DNA of 52,781 nucleotides, the filler included, from Jimgerdemannia flammicorona (taxonomy: Eukaryota), in the NCBI GenBank assembly GCA_003990765.1. It is 2 parts of 2 records of this genome, joined end to end, with 100 filler letters (N's around TTAATTAATTAA, not from the genome) between each part and the next. Parts side by side here need not be neighbours in the genome. Positions count along the whole stretch, not along the records: positions 1 to 26,344 come from RBNJ01000734.1; positions 26,445 to 52,781 come from RBNJ01000735.1. One strand, written 5' to 3'. Below, piece after piece: positions 22,915-35,949 of the stretch. The position numbers and the translations under genes were made by a program. Each line of letters begins with the position of its first letter. Position 1 is the first letter of the stretch. The notes below the pieces were generated by a model. The model ran no database searches. It was not told the DNA's origin and worked only from the letters and a program-made list of their open reading frames with translations.

Positions 22915-25432
22915 TTACCTTTTCGATTTAGGGGTCAAGATTTTTTTCAATTCCACAGTCTTTTCTCCGAGCTCAAATTCGGTACTCTCTCCAAAAAATT
23001 TAGCTTTTCTTACAGCGGATTCCCCTAGCCGGCCCGCACGATCGAGCAGGTTCTGTAAAGGTCCCGTTAGCGAAATTGAACAGAAAATGACCAGTGAAAA
23101 TAATAAATGAACACATATCCTGTGCACGAGAAATCGCTTCGAAAGAAAAATGACGTCCGTGACGTCGCTGTCCGTTGTAGGAATGTTTTGCGTTGCCCAT
23201 TCGAAGAGGCCGAAGAGATCGCCATCAATCTGAAACAGGATGTAAAACCTAATTTTAAGGCCGATTACCTGGAAAAATGGTATGCTCAGGGACTTGAGAG
23301 CTTGCTGAACAATATATGGCGGTGGGTCGCTCCCGCATTCCTCGACACATTTTGATTTAATTGCCATATGCTGAGAACGTGCTACTTTTATGACATCGAC
23401 GAAATCTGTGATCCCTTTTTGGTGATTATCTTTGCAATTTGGTCCAGAATTTTCGCCCACGCCGGCTTCATGCTTTCGATTCTGCGCATAAATTTTGCTG
23501 TTAGATAAGACTATTTCACATCATTTTCGTATCTCAAACAAAACTTACCAGAAAGAGGAAATCGCAAGTCTTTCCTGAACGCGGGGTCTCCGAACGCGCA
23601 GATTTCTCTTCCTTATCAGCGTTCGATTGGTTCTCACCACTACCAGGAGAGATATAGTCAATCAATAATGTTAAACACTATCCTTAACAAAACGAAATGG
23701 ATAAAATAATACTTACTACAAAAAGATTGAATTTGGTGCCTTTGCGAGTGGGGCAACGAGATGCACGTCTACTGTCCGTTCTGACTGGCTTGTTCCATGG
23801 TAGTCACGCACCCAGGAATTCCTAGGATACAAATATCAAACGATATTAGCAGAGATCTCCACGTCCAAACATAGCAAATAATTGACCACAAATCAACACG
23901 TACGCGACATCCAAACATTCTGCGACGTATTGGGTATCGGCGTCATGAATGTCGATTTGTTTCAGGGTAGTAGGGTCAGCTGGTGGTCCACGTCATCTTC
24001 CGAGCGCTGAAGTACATGCTCGAGTTGTGCACATAATTCTCGCACGTCAGCGACGTTCCTATTAATGGCTTCAGTTGGGATTATCTCCTTCTGCATGAGC
24101 TGATGCGGACCTTCCTGGAGTCTTTGACAAAGCAAAGCATAGATACCAGCGGTCCCGTTGGCACGTTTCGACTTGCTGATCTCCTGAAGACTGACAATAT
24201 TCGACAGCATAAGCGCTTCGAGGAACGCTTTGACGGAGGAATTCAACTGTGATTCCGTCATTATAACATTGGCAGCCTTTTGTCGGAGTTTTTGAACGTC
24301 TGCATCCGAGAGGAACTGCTTGGCTCGGGGTAGAGATGCACATGGTCCAACGTTTGACACACGGAAGTCAACGACTCCCCAGCATAGTGGACTGTAGAAG
24401 TGTTATGGATAGTAATATCAACAACGAGAACTTGCATGCCGGAGGAAGAACCAGTAGACAGAAGTACATACTTTGTTAATGGGATGAATCGCAATGTGCG
24501 GTGTTGATACCGGCCAACACCTTGGAATATGTGTGTCTGCAATACTATGTGGACAATGTCAGAAACAAGCGCTTGCCTAACGTATCAAAGGACGATAGAT
24601 GGCGAGATGTATCCGTACTTTTCGCCTGTAGCACTGGTGGATGTGGCATCGAAGGGCTGCAGAAAAGAAGGAATGTAAATAAACAAGAAAATGACTCCAA
24701 CACTTGGCCATTTTAGATAATGACAGTTTGGAATCCCGAAGTTTACCCGTATCCTTTCAGAAATCTCGTCACTATCCTCGTCATAGTAACTACCAGTCTC
24801 TTCGTTGAAACTCTGACAGCGATATAAAATTGTTTGCTTAGCATGCTTTCGCGAGGAAGACACAATTTAGTTCATCCCATTACATGCAAATGTCTGGCTG
24901 ACCTTGGCTCCGAAAGAGTCACTCGGCCACACGCCATCGTTGTCTTCATCGTCATTTTCCGCGTTCACATCCACACGAGGTCGTTTGGAAATCTCGTGTT
25001 TATTCTGCCCATAACTGACCTCTGCGGCGGCACTTGTAGCGGTCCTGGCAATATTTTCTATCTTACGCTATATTTGCCATAATATGATGAAAAGACAAAT
25101 TTTGTTATAGAACAATAGATAGATAAATTGGACCAGCAGGGCAACACATACCTTGTTGACAACCTCGTTAATTTTACTTTCGGCGCTAATTTTTAGCAAT
25201 GATTCGTGATGCTCGACCCAAATAGATGAGGTAACAACATTCTTCTTATTTTGACGCTTAAAAGGTTTGGGAGAAAGAAACAGATGTTAGGGTGAGCTAA
25301 ACATAATAGTTGATGGCGCAAGCCACGTATGCTACAGTTGGCCTCGAAGGTCTAAACCATAGCATACTTCCCACTTCGGAATTTCTCCGTCAGTCGCAAG
25401 TAGCTATTCTTGGTGATCAAGTTGCCCAATCG
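22915..25432 (-). pseudogene. Multi-exon Crinkler-like gene with a C-terminal restriction-endonuclease-fold (PD-(D/E)xK) domain; disrupted and 5'-interrupted by a LINE
   Basis: Introns 23822-23903 (GTACGT..TAG), 23640-23716 (GTAAGT..TAG) and 23482-23548 (GTAAGT..CTAAC..CAG) splice in frame. The product reads ...QSERTVDVHLVAPLAKAPNSIFLYGENQSNADK...SGKTCDFLFLNRKHEAGVGENSGP...KGITDF...IPFFQVIGLKIRFYIL. PLCWGVVDF lies upstream. There is a frameshift near 23965. The family call comes from motif recognition, not a search. Confidence 0.7.
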
Positions 25433-26344
25433 ACACATCTGGAGGTTGTGGGCGGGAGGCGTATCCGTATGGATAAGAAGAAGTGGGAGTGGATCCAGGG
25501 ATGCAAGAGGCAGAAGGAGCTGTTGGAGGGTATGTCAGGTGGGGGGAGGAAGCAGTCGGGTGAAGTCAAGGAGTCTGGGGGTGCTGAGGCCAGTGTCTGG
25601 GCTGGTAAAGGAGGAGAGGAGGTGGAGGCGAAGGAGGCAGGTGCTGGGAAGGGGCTGGTAAAGGACCCATTTGCTGAGGGTACCTTTGAAGTGTGGGAGC
25701 CGGAGTTGGAGGCCACCCCCCCACTTATCAGGAGGGGCCCAGTGGGGATGCGAGGAAGGCCGGAGGATACACGGATGCAGGGGGCCCAGCAGGTGCGCTT
25801 TGGGGTCCCTGATGTGGCTCAAGGGGGTCAAGTGGTGGCAGTTGGCGAGGATGAGCTGGTGGATGTCCCTGAGGAGGAGTGGGATGAGGCTGCTAGTGTA
25901 GGAGCTGATACTACGATGTTGGATGCAGGGCGGCCGGGGACTCCGGGAGGGAAAGAGGTGGGGAACTTGCTGTGGGTACGCAAGGTGATGGATAACCTCG
26001 CAGCAGAAACATTGGGGGAGGTGGACCTGTGGGCGATGTCTGAGGAGCATTGGGCTAGGATCCTGCGTGTGGATGGAATGGTGGAGGCGCTGAAGGTGGA
26101 GATTCTGATGATATTGCTAGAGGAGGAGGGATATGAGGTGGATGAGGTGAGGAAGGCAGACCTGGGGGTGGTCGCTGCTGAGAGGGCAGCTTACTGTTGG
26201 GCGGAACGTCGGGGTCTACAGCTCTGGCAGGAGGCATGTCTGGAGTATCGCGAGGATTTTGAGGAGCGTGAGGATGGGGCGATGGTCGAACTTCTGGGGG
26301 TATTGGAGGCACGGGAAGCTGGGGAGAGGGATCTGGCTGCTGAA
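25433..26344 (+). mobile_element. Family-A LINE fragment (ORF1 C-terminal half), relatively young, cut by the assembly gap
   Basis: Open frame homologous to 9200-10100 (ASVGADTTMLDAGRP..GKEVGNLLWV; LQLWQEACLEY). Retains many CpGs. Confidence 0.88.
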
Positions 26345-26444
26345 NNNNNNNNNNNNNNNNNNNNNNNNNNNNNNNNNNNNNNNNNNNNTTAATTAATTAA
26401 NNNNNNNNNNNNNNNNNNNNNNNNNNNNNNNNNNNNNNNNNNNN
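26345..26444. other. Assembly gap: N44-TTAATTAATTAA-N44 artificial linker
   Basis: Exactly 100 bp and symmetric; the 12-mer has stops in all six frames. Confidence 0.97.
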
Positions 26445-27678
26445 CTACCTCTTCTTGATGAAAGACCACTTTGTCTAACACAATCCCTACCCTCCCACCA
26501 CTCTGCTCACAGATCCTTGCCACCAAACTGTGATGTTGCCCCCCCTGAGGACCCCAACCAACCCACCATCTAGTCAGCAGATCCCCCAACAGCTCCTCCT
26601 ACCTTAATACCTTCTTCTGTAGCCCTATCTGCTGCCCCTCCTCAAATACAAAGAGCCAATGACCTGCAAGTCCCACCCACACTGCTAACACCCACCCTAT
26701 AGTAAGCCAACTATCACTCACCCCACCCACAAGCCGAGATCTGAAGTTCTCCCAGCGGCCCCCCTCAACTGCTGGCCTTTGCTCTATACCCATTCTATTC
26801 CCTATTTCTACCCAAAAGTCTCCCAATACCTCACACTCTCCCAGCCAATGTTCTGGTGTCTGCACCAGACCCCCAGCTTGCCCTACATTGTAACACTCCT
26901 CACAATTGAAATAGTCACCATCCATCAGATGCCCAGTGTGGAATTTCAACATGACATTCCTCTGCAGCTTTTGCCACCATATCACCCAGAACTTGGGAGG
27001 AAGCCACCTCCGCACCTCAGCACTCTATGACCCAATATCTGCCCAGTCCCACTCCTCACTGATCTCTGCTACCTGCCAGCCACTTGGCCAAAGATCTTGG
27101 CCAAGACCCTGCTGACACTCCACTCCATCCCCAATATCAAATGTAGCAAGTAGAGTACCCCTCAGTAGCAGTCTATTCCATCACTACATATCAGGCCCCC
27201 ACATCACCTCTCCCTCATTGCCTTGCCAGTGCAGGCCAATTCAGTGTGCTCCATCTACCACTCCCCACCAAAAGCCATTAAACTGCAGCTACCGATTTCC
27301 ATTCAGCCCTACCAAAGAGAGCAGATCTCCTGAGGACCCTCAAGGGGAGGTTCTCATCTCCCACACCTTCTGCAGCAGAGGCACCCAACCTCTGCCCTGC
27401 AGTTCAGCAGCTCTCTTCAACCACCAGACTCGCAAGCAGTGCAACCTCTTAGGGAAATACACAAGGCCAAGACCTCCCCTGACCACCGGTATTGCAAGAG
27501 TATCTCAACTGATCTAGGACCTCCTCCCTGGCCAAATCTAATCTCTAGCCACCTTTGTCAGCCTCTTCACCACCCACACTGGAAAGTCTAGGTGATAGGC
27601 CATGTACCACAGCTTCGAGAACCAGTATACATTCAGAATTGACACCCGCCCTGCCAGAGAGATATGGCAGCCTCCCCA
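26445..27678 (-). mobile_element. 5'-truncated family-A LINE (ORF2 3' part) abutting family-B RT
   Basis: RVSILNVYW...PPKFWVIWW...CEECYNVGQ...EHWLGEC is A-type. It is joined directly after B-type FADDMVVGL at ~27680. Confidence 0.78.
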
Positions 27679-28235
27679 CCAACCCAACCACCATATCATC
27701 TGCAAATGTACCCAGTTTTCATACTATACCACCCATTCGCAGTCCAGAGAGATGTCCCTTCAGCCATGCTAGCAATGGCTCCAAAGAGAGTATATAAAAG
27801 AAGGGGGAGAGAGAATCGCCCTATGGTACACCACACCCCAAAGCAAACTCTGGGCCACTCCATCCATTCATCATAATAGCTACCCTGCATCCTCGTATCA
27901 AGCCCATCAATCTCCCTGCTTCTGCTGCTCCAAATCCATCTTCCTCAGAACAGTCTCTAAGTAGATCCACCACATTCTGTCATAGGCCTTCTCTTGGTCC
28001 AGAAAGACCATCCTATCATCCACCTGCCAGCTCCTACAGCTTTTTAAGACATTCTGCATCCAAGCTGTACTATCCCTGATCTGCCTTCCTTTGACAAAGC
28101 CTCGCTGCTCTTCACCAACCAGCATGCCCATATACTGCTGCATTCTTCCCACTAGAATCTTCAAGACCAGCTTTCTATCCACATTTAGCAGCATAATAGG
28201 TCACCAATTCTGCCACACCCGCTGATCACCCTTCT

Positions 28236-28239
<4 letters not shown>

Positions 28240-28270
<31 letters not shown>

Positions 28271-31200
28271 GTCACTTGGACTGCCCTTTATTACTGAAAT
28301 ATATAGTACTAACAATACAATGCCACTCTCACCCTCACCCAATGCCCCATGGGCCCAGACCTCCCCTCTCATTCTTCCCCTGCCTGAGCACCACCCGATC
28401 ACCCACTACCCGAATCCTTCCACCACTCTTCTGGGAGATGCGCCACACCAACCCCCTGTAGTTCCCTCCACCCAGTCCCCAACCCTGCCACCAGCCATTC
28501 AAAATGTCCAAAAGCAACCATTCCCAGCACGCCAACTTGTCCCCAACCCCAACCCGATGCCCTTCCTCAAATACATGAACCCAATGCCCGGCCAACCCAA
28601 CCTACATAGCCAAAGCCCAACCAAGGGTCAGCCATTCATCCCCAACTCTACCCACCAGTCGCCAGCGGAGCTCTCCCCATCTCCCCCCTCCCTCTCCCTC
28701 CAAAACACTCAGCCCCACCTGGTTCATAATATCTCTCCAAAACCCCTCCAAAACCACACATTCATCAAGCCAATGTTCAGGCGTTTGTACCACCCCTCCC
28801 TCCTGGCCAACGTTGAAACACTCCTCGCACTCGAATACTCCACCATCCATCAAGTGCCCAGACTGATAGTTCAACATCACATTCCGCTGTAGGACATGCC
28901 ACCATACCACCCAGAACTTGGGGGGTAGCCACTGCCTCACTCTTTTTCTCCAGAGCCAGAGTCCATTCCAATCCCACTCCTCACCAATTCCGACCCTCTG
29001 CCAGGCTTCAGGCCACAGGTCTCCACCTAGGCCTTGCAGACACTCCAGACCCTCACCAAGCTGAAAGTCCTCCACCAGAACACCACCCAGTAGCAACCTG
29101 TCCCACCGCCACATCCGCGGTCCCCAATCCTCCTCGGCTTCATCACCTTGCCACCAAAGTCCAATCTTCTTAGTGCTATCCACTACTCTCCACCAGAAGC
29201 CCGTAAACCACATCCTCCCACTCCCCTCCATGGCCACCATCGTGAGCAGGTCACCTGAATCACCATGTGGGGAGTACCGAACCTCCCACAATCTCTACAT
29301 GAGTGGCACCCACTCCCGACCCTGAAGCTCACTTGCCCTTCATAACCACCAAGCTCTAAGGCATAGGAGCCACTTAGTAAAGTCCACTAAGCCCAGCCCC
29401 CCTCTTTCCAAGGGCAGTGTGAGCACCTCCCAACTGACCTGGCTCCGCCGCCCTCTCCAGATCTATGACCTCACTATCTTCAACAGCCCCTTGACCACCC
29501 AGGTTGGGAAGTCCAAATGATATCCCATGTACTACAGCTTTGGTATCCAATACACATTCAGCACCATCACCCTTCCAGCTAGGGACATATGCCAGCCTCC
29601 CCAACGCAGCAGAACATTTCCCCACTCCAATAGTCTATGATCCCACCATACCCAGGGAAGAAGAGATCTGAACACTGAGAAGTAGATCCCCAAATATCAC
29701 ACCAGTTCTCCAGCCAGTATCACTGTCCCAATGACATTGCCACCAACAATCCCTGCACCAAGCACCAGAGTCTCGCACTTATGCCAGTTCAGTTTAGCAC
29801 CAGAGCCCCTCTCATACCATTCCACAGACCTCTGTAACTCCCCTACATCTACCAGGGAGCCCAGCCCGACCACCATATCATCAGCAAAGGCCCCCACCTT
29901 CCAATTAACCCCTAAAATGTCCAAACCCCCAATTTGACGCCGAATTCTATCCAGTAGGGGCTCCAGAGAAAGGGCATACAATATGGGTGACAAGGGGTCC
30001 TCTTGTGGCACCCCACGTCCCAGGAGAAAGGTCACTCCCCTGTGGCCATTAACAACCAATGCTGCCTGACTGTCTTCCAAGAGGCTGATCAATGATCCTC
30101 GGAATCCTGGGGGGATACCAATCCATTTCAGCACCCCCTCCAGCCATATCCTCCATACTCTGTCATAAGCCTTCTCCTGGTCCAGAAACACCAACCTACC
30201 ATCAACCCCTGCTGCCTGGGCACCTTCAATCACTCCATGAACCCAAGCTGTCCCATCTCGAATCAACCAGCCACCAACAAACCCATGCTGCTCCACACTA
30301 AGCACCTGCTGAGCGATTCCTTGCAGCCTCATTACCAAGATCTTTGTCACCAGTTTGTGGTCCATATTGAGAAGCATAATTGGCTGCCAGTTCTTCCAGT
30401 CCTCTTGCCTCCCCTTGTTCTTATAGAGCAAGGAGACTAGCCCTAAGCACTGTCCCCCAATCCAGGCACCAGACCGAAGAACTCCCTCACACATAGCAGT
30501 CATCTCCTCTAGCACCTTACCAACCCCAGCCATTTTCCACCAAAAATCCCAGGGAAGCCCATCCTCTCCTGGGGTGGTCCCCTTACTCGTCAAGGCCAAA
30601 ACCCTGCAAATTTCCTCACTACACACTGGGTCCCCTAACACTCCAAGCCCCATTGCAGGGTCTGGGTGCCAATCCCCCAGCTGCCTCTCAATGTCCAGAG
30701 TATCCTTTCCTCCTTCCTCCTCACTCTACAAATTCTCCCACCAGTTTCTCAAAAGGCCCAGGATCACCAGAGACCCCACCACCAGCTCGCCATTCATATC
30801 CAGAACCCCCTCCCACTGCTGTCTCATTCATCGTGCTTGTAACAACCTCAATAAAAACCTTGTAGGCCACTCCCCTTCCTCCAGCCCCTGCCACTGTAGG
30901 CGGGCCACCATTCCCTGCAACTTCACCTCCTCCTCCTTTCGTAACACTTCTTTAAGCTCATCGACCTCCTGTTGGATTCTCACAATGCACCAATCAGTTA
31001 CGTCCCCATCCTCCAGCACACCTGCCCATCTCCCCATGAGTGCTGTCAGACGCCGTGAGGCCCACAGCACCCTCTGCCTTTGCTGGGTACACTTTCCTTT
31101 CCCCACTTCCCTCCAGTACCTCTGGGCAGTTGCCTTCAGTCTTCTCCAGCGGTCCCCAATCCCCAGGCCTTGTTCCTGCCACCTACCGATATTTCCAACC

Positions 31201-34030
31201 ACCTCAGTCTCCCAGCCCTCCCACAACATCCTATCCTCCAACAAGGAAGAATTTAGCTGCCAATGTCCAGGCCCATCCTCATTTCCCCCAAATCTCTCCC
31301 CTCCAAGCAGCCCCCTGTGATCAGACCACGGACACCATATTACTTCCAGCACCAACCAGACATCTGCTCTCCAATACTCTGCCGTCAGAACCCAGTCAAT
31401 CCTGGAGCCCAGCCCTACTGCCCAGTGGGTGTACACCCACTGATCAGCCCAAAGGTGTCTTCCTGAGTCCACCAAAGAACACAACCTCTATATTTCCAAC
31501 CAGTCACCCAGCCCACCACTTTTGCCCTGCACGCCTCTCCCACCATCTGTTCTATCCATCTCCTTATCCTGTACCATGTTGAAGTCACCCCCCATACAGT
31601 CCAGGCCAACTTCTCCCAATACACTGGCCTCTTTCAATCGGCGAATCCAATCCACCCTCTCCCCTCTTTCAGCTGGGCAGTAACAAGACCCAACCATCAA
31701 TGAGCCCCATCCAGGCCTCTTCCACATACCCCACACTACCCGAGAACCCCAATGTCCAATGTCCACAATGTCCCCCATCCCTTTCCAAATGAGAATACAC
31801 ACTTTCCCCCTCCATACTGCCACGCCCCCCCATTCCTTAGTCCAATCCTGTAAGTCCACATCTTCCTCATATCAAACATCCTATAGTAAGAAAAGGTCCA
31901 CGTCCAATCCCTTAAGCCATCCAAATATGTACTCCCTCCTAGCTGCCCCCCGTAACCCATTAACGTTCAACAAGAATATCCTAGTTGTACTGTTCATATT
32001 GAAAAAATGTTGAATTGGCGACCCCAACCTAGTATTCCATGCTCATCTCATCCCCAGCCAAATCCAAGCACTGTTCAGCTTCCAAGTCACCCTCTACAAT
32101 AGCCTGAGCATCCAGTGCCTCCAAGATTTCCTGATATTCCACCCTATCCATGACCTCCATATCTGACCAGTAGTCTAAGCTGACTGTGCACCACTTCTCC
32201 AGTCCCTTCCTCGAGTTCCACAAGAGAAGTGCCCTGTCACTCGCAATCTTCCGAAGCTCCTCCTCCCGCTGGTCATCCACTTGATATTCAACTGACTCCA
32301 GGAGGACAGCCAGGATCTCATTCCTCATCTTCCTCGGCACCTCCTCCCCCCAGAGAATCTCCTCCCAATGCCTCTCCTCCATCACCCAGAAATCCTCACC
32401 CCCCAGCTCCTCAGCCGCTACCCCTTCCAGGGTCTTCCACATCTACTTCTCCTCATCCACTGCCTCTACCGCACCCTGAGCAATACGTCCCCCATCCACC
32501 TTGGGATCCATCAGCATGCTCCTCCTCACTAACTCATCCCACTCCTCATCCGGCACATCCAGCAGCTCCTCCTCCCCCTCAGCCCCGCCCGGGACACTAT
32601 ACTGAAGGTGCATACCCTCACACATTTCGGCATCTGCCTCCAACTCGCCTTCCTTCTCTTTCCCCACTCCAATCTGAGCCCCACCCTGGGCCATTTCACC
32701 CCCCTCAGCCCAAGCGCTCTCCTGCAACCCTGCAACTCCTTCCCCTGGGCTTTCACCAGCCCTACCCCCACCCAGCCCTGCCAGAAGCTCCTTCTGGATT
32801 TTCCTCCCCTGCATCTTCTCCCAAGCCCCCTTCTCCATCCGGACCTTCTTCCCATCCACCTCCCCTATCACCATCCTGGCCTCAAACTCCTTCCAGGCCA
32901 ATCTCCTCCTTACAACCACCCCTTCCAAGTCCTCCAGCACCTCCAACAGGTCCTCCTCCTCCTCCTGGATCCCCTTCACCCTCACGATCTTACACTCCAC
33001 TGGTCCCCACCTCAGCACCGCTGGCCAGTCTCTCGACTTCCCTGTATTCTCCTTCCCAGCCAGCCTTACCCTGACATCGACATCCCCAGTCCTAAGCTCT
33101 GTGCCCTCCCAGACCTTGAACCCAATGTCTACAATCTCTCTATACTCCTTGATCACCTCTACAACCAGCTCCCTGGTCCTCTCCTTCGACATGGTCGGGA
33201 AATCCAACACTGTCAACTGCACCACCTGGGGGTCCCAGCACATGCACCAGGCCATAGGGACCACAACCCTGCCAACTGTCACCCCCTTCTCCATGGCTGC
33301 CAACAAGGCATCTTCCTCCTCAAACCCCACCTCAACCCTCTCCTTTCCCCTCAAAAACTTCACCGATGCTGCTCCTTTAGCCTCCTGCGCCACCAGCCCC
33401 AAAATCATCTGTGCCATCACCACTAAGCCCCGGAAGCACATAGTGACTGCGAATTCTGACCTCAACTTCTTGAGTAATGGGGCCGACACCATGCCCGTCA
33501 TGCCATCTGCCAGGTCCCCAGGCCTCATGCCCACTCCTAGTCCCGAATTGCCAACTGCTGTCACATCTGGATTTTTGCCAGATCCCCAGTCACAGCCCCA
33601 TCAGCAGTCACAGTGCCATCTCCAGCCCCTACTCCCACTCCTACCCTGCCACCTGAGACTCCTCTGGGTACACCTCCCTGTCCCTCAGCAGCTGCCGTCG
33701 ATGCTTTCCCCAGGCCCAGCCAATCGTCAAGGCCTGAGGCCATCTTCCCCATTCTGACCTTATCATTGAAGGTTGACCTCTCCCCACCTATTTGCCTCAG
33801 CCTGCCCCTCCCTCCACCTCCAGGACCTCAGCCAACCATCGAGGCCCCCGGCATCCCCAGACCATCTCCCCTCCTCTCCACCTGCTGCCAGCCAAAGGCG
33901 CCAGCACCCCCCTGACCAGCATGCTCACCAGTTTGATCATTGCTATCCATGTTGATAGTTGCTTTATACCGAAACATAGTAAAAAGTGTTGCCTGAGTTC
34001 TTGTGTCACCCGAATGTTACTGGTGAAAGG
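28240..34030 (-). mobile_element. Full-length family-A LINE nested in the family-B LINE
   Basis: 17-bp TSD TGATCACCCTTCTCCTT at 28223-28239 / 34031-34047. Poly(T) to 28267. The 5' end (CTTTCACCAGTAACATTC) matches 8052-8069. ORF1 spans ~33840-32029 and ORF2 31997-28335, with APE, RT (FADD) and CCHC motifs and several stops. Confidence 0.95.
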
Positions 34031-35169
34031 TGATCACCCTTCTCCTTATAAAGGAGGGAAACTAATCTCAAGGAATCATTGCCAATTCAGCTACCCTCCT
34101 TTAGAACAAAGTTGGCCATCTCTACCAACCAGCCTCCAAACTCTGCCTTGAACTCCTTCCAGAATCCTAGGGCAATCCATCCTCCCCAGGTGATGAACCA
34201 GCCTGTGTCTTCTGCAATTCCTCCAAAATTTCCTCCAAAGACACTTCACCCATCACTGCCCACCCTATCTCAGGTACTGCTGCTACTGACCAAGTGTCTA
34301 CCATATTGCCACCATCCTTCCCAGGCACCACATTCCCTTCTGGCTCCCCTCCATCCTGCCAGAGAGTCTGCCATTGTCCTGAGACCTCTCCCAACATATC
34401 AGCAATCCCTGTGACCTCCATTCCATCTTCGCACAGTATAGAGACCCAACTGTGTCACACCCTCCTGGCCTTCAAGATTCCAGACAGATATTTAGTTGGC
34501 CTCTCACCCTCCTCCAACTGCCTTGCTCATAGTCTTGTGAGTAGGCCATCCACTGCTCTATCCTCAGCTGCCCTCATTTCAGTCTGTAGCTCTGCCACCT
34601 CTACTGCCAACTGGTGGCACTTCTCTCCAGACAAGTGTCCCTCTTCCATTAACTTCAATCACCACCTTAGCCTCTTTTCGACCCTCCTTACCCTATCCAT
34701 CTGCTCCTTCCCAACTACTTCAACAACATTCCTCCAATAGGCACCTACCAAATGTTTGAATTTATCCCACCATTCCACTATTAACTGCTCATCATTTTGC
34801 CACCATGTTACTTCCTGTTGTGCAATGTCTACAAACTGATCTCTTTCCTCCTTCCTCCTGAGTAAAGCTACATTGAGATGCCAGCACCCACCACTACTGT
34901 CTGCCACCTGAAATCTGCCACACACCTCCACTCTCCAGTGATCTGACCATGGACACCAATGTACCTCCACAACATTCAGCACATTACCTCAGCTCTTAGC
35001 TACCAGCACCCAATCAATTCATGTCCTGACTAATTTGTCTCCCACCAGGTGCCACCAGATGAATGGACCTGACTCATCTCTCTGATGCTGATGGACACCA
35101 TCCACCAGTCCCATATCTTACTCCACCTGAAGCCACTGAGATAGCTCAGGGGAAACCACTACTCCTGCC

Positions 35170-35936
35170 TGTAATAACTCTCACTTCTACCCCTCTCTTA
35201 TCCTTTAGATAATTAGGGAAGTAGACTATTACTTAGGGACTTAGTACACAATATATATCAAGAAGCCTTCAGTTTGAGGAAGTGCTCACTTTAAGTAGTT
35301 GTAGTGGCAGTGCCATCTGTTTCAAAGGTCTTTCTCTTGTGCCCTATTTCGAAGGTCTTGTTCTTTGCTATGCACAGACTGATTTCGCCTTGGAATTCAG
35401 GTTCAATGGGTTTACTTAAGTCTTTGGGGATTTATATACTGGTCTCAGTTCTGGCAGAAGTTAGCTAGGCTTCTGGAGTTTAGTCAGAAATACTAGAGTC
35501 ACTTAGGTGTCATTACTAAGACTCAGAGGAATGTGTGTGTATGAGGGGAACTTGATTCTTGTATCAAGGACTGAACTAAAACTGCTTTATTTCAGATGGA
35601 AACTGGGGGGTATTTATACAAGTTGGTTCGCGATTTCTGACTAAGTATGAGTGACTAATTTGGTAACTATAATGAGGTTTGTGATTGCGACCTTTGTCAG
35701 GTGGTTTGTTGGCAAAAACATCTTTGTGATCAGGACCTCAATTATTAGGCAATGATCAGCAGCTGTGGTAACTGTTGCTGTGGTGCCGATTGTTGGGGAT
35801 AAGTTGGATATTGTTTTCAATGTCGTTTCGCATCATTCATCACTCACTATTCATATGTCATGCTCAATCGTATTATGACATGATCACTGCTGGGTCACAT
35901 GATCGCTTGTCATTCATCACACCTCATTCTATTACA
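35170..35936 (-). repeat. 3' LTR
   Basis: TGTAATA...TATTACA, a direct repeat of 43502-44268. TATA at 35611-35618 and AATAAA at 35586-35591 on the minus strand. Confidence 0.96.
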
Positions 35937-35949
35937 TTCTTCTCCCCTT
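35937..35949 (-). promoter_or_regulatory. Polypurine tract
   Basis: AAGGGGAGAAGAA immediately before the 3' LTR. Confidence 0.9.

Noticed and set aside
25310..26392. 360-aa ORF as a novel fusion gene
   Set aside because: It is chance read-through from the antisense strand of the CRN-like gene into a LINE ORF1 fragment and then Ns.
26345..26444. TTAATTAATTAA palindrome as a biological site, and opposite-strand LINEs either side as a twin-priming inversion
   Set aside because: It is an artificial scaffold linker inside Ns, so adjacency and orientation across the gap are unproven.
32229..33757. Long Pro/Ser/Leu-rich ORFs antisense to LINEs (also 8328-8921, 30574-31320, 45111-45809, 49989-50750)
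   Set aside because: They are expected shadows of the very G-rich sense strand and are not conserved between copies.
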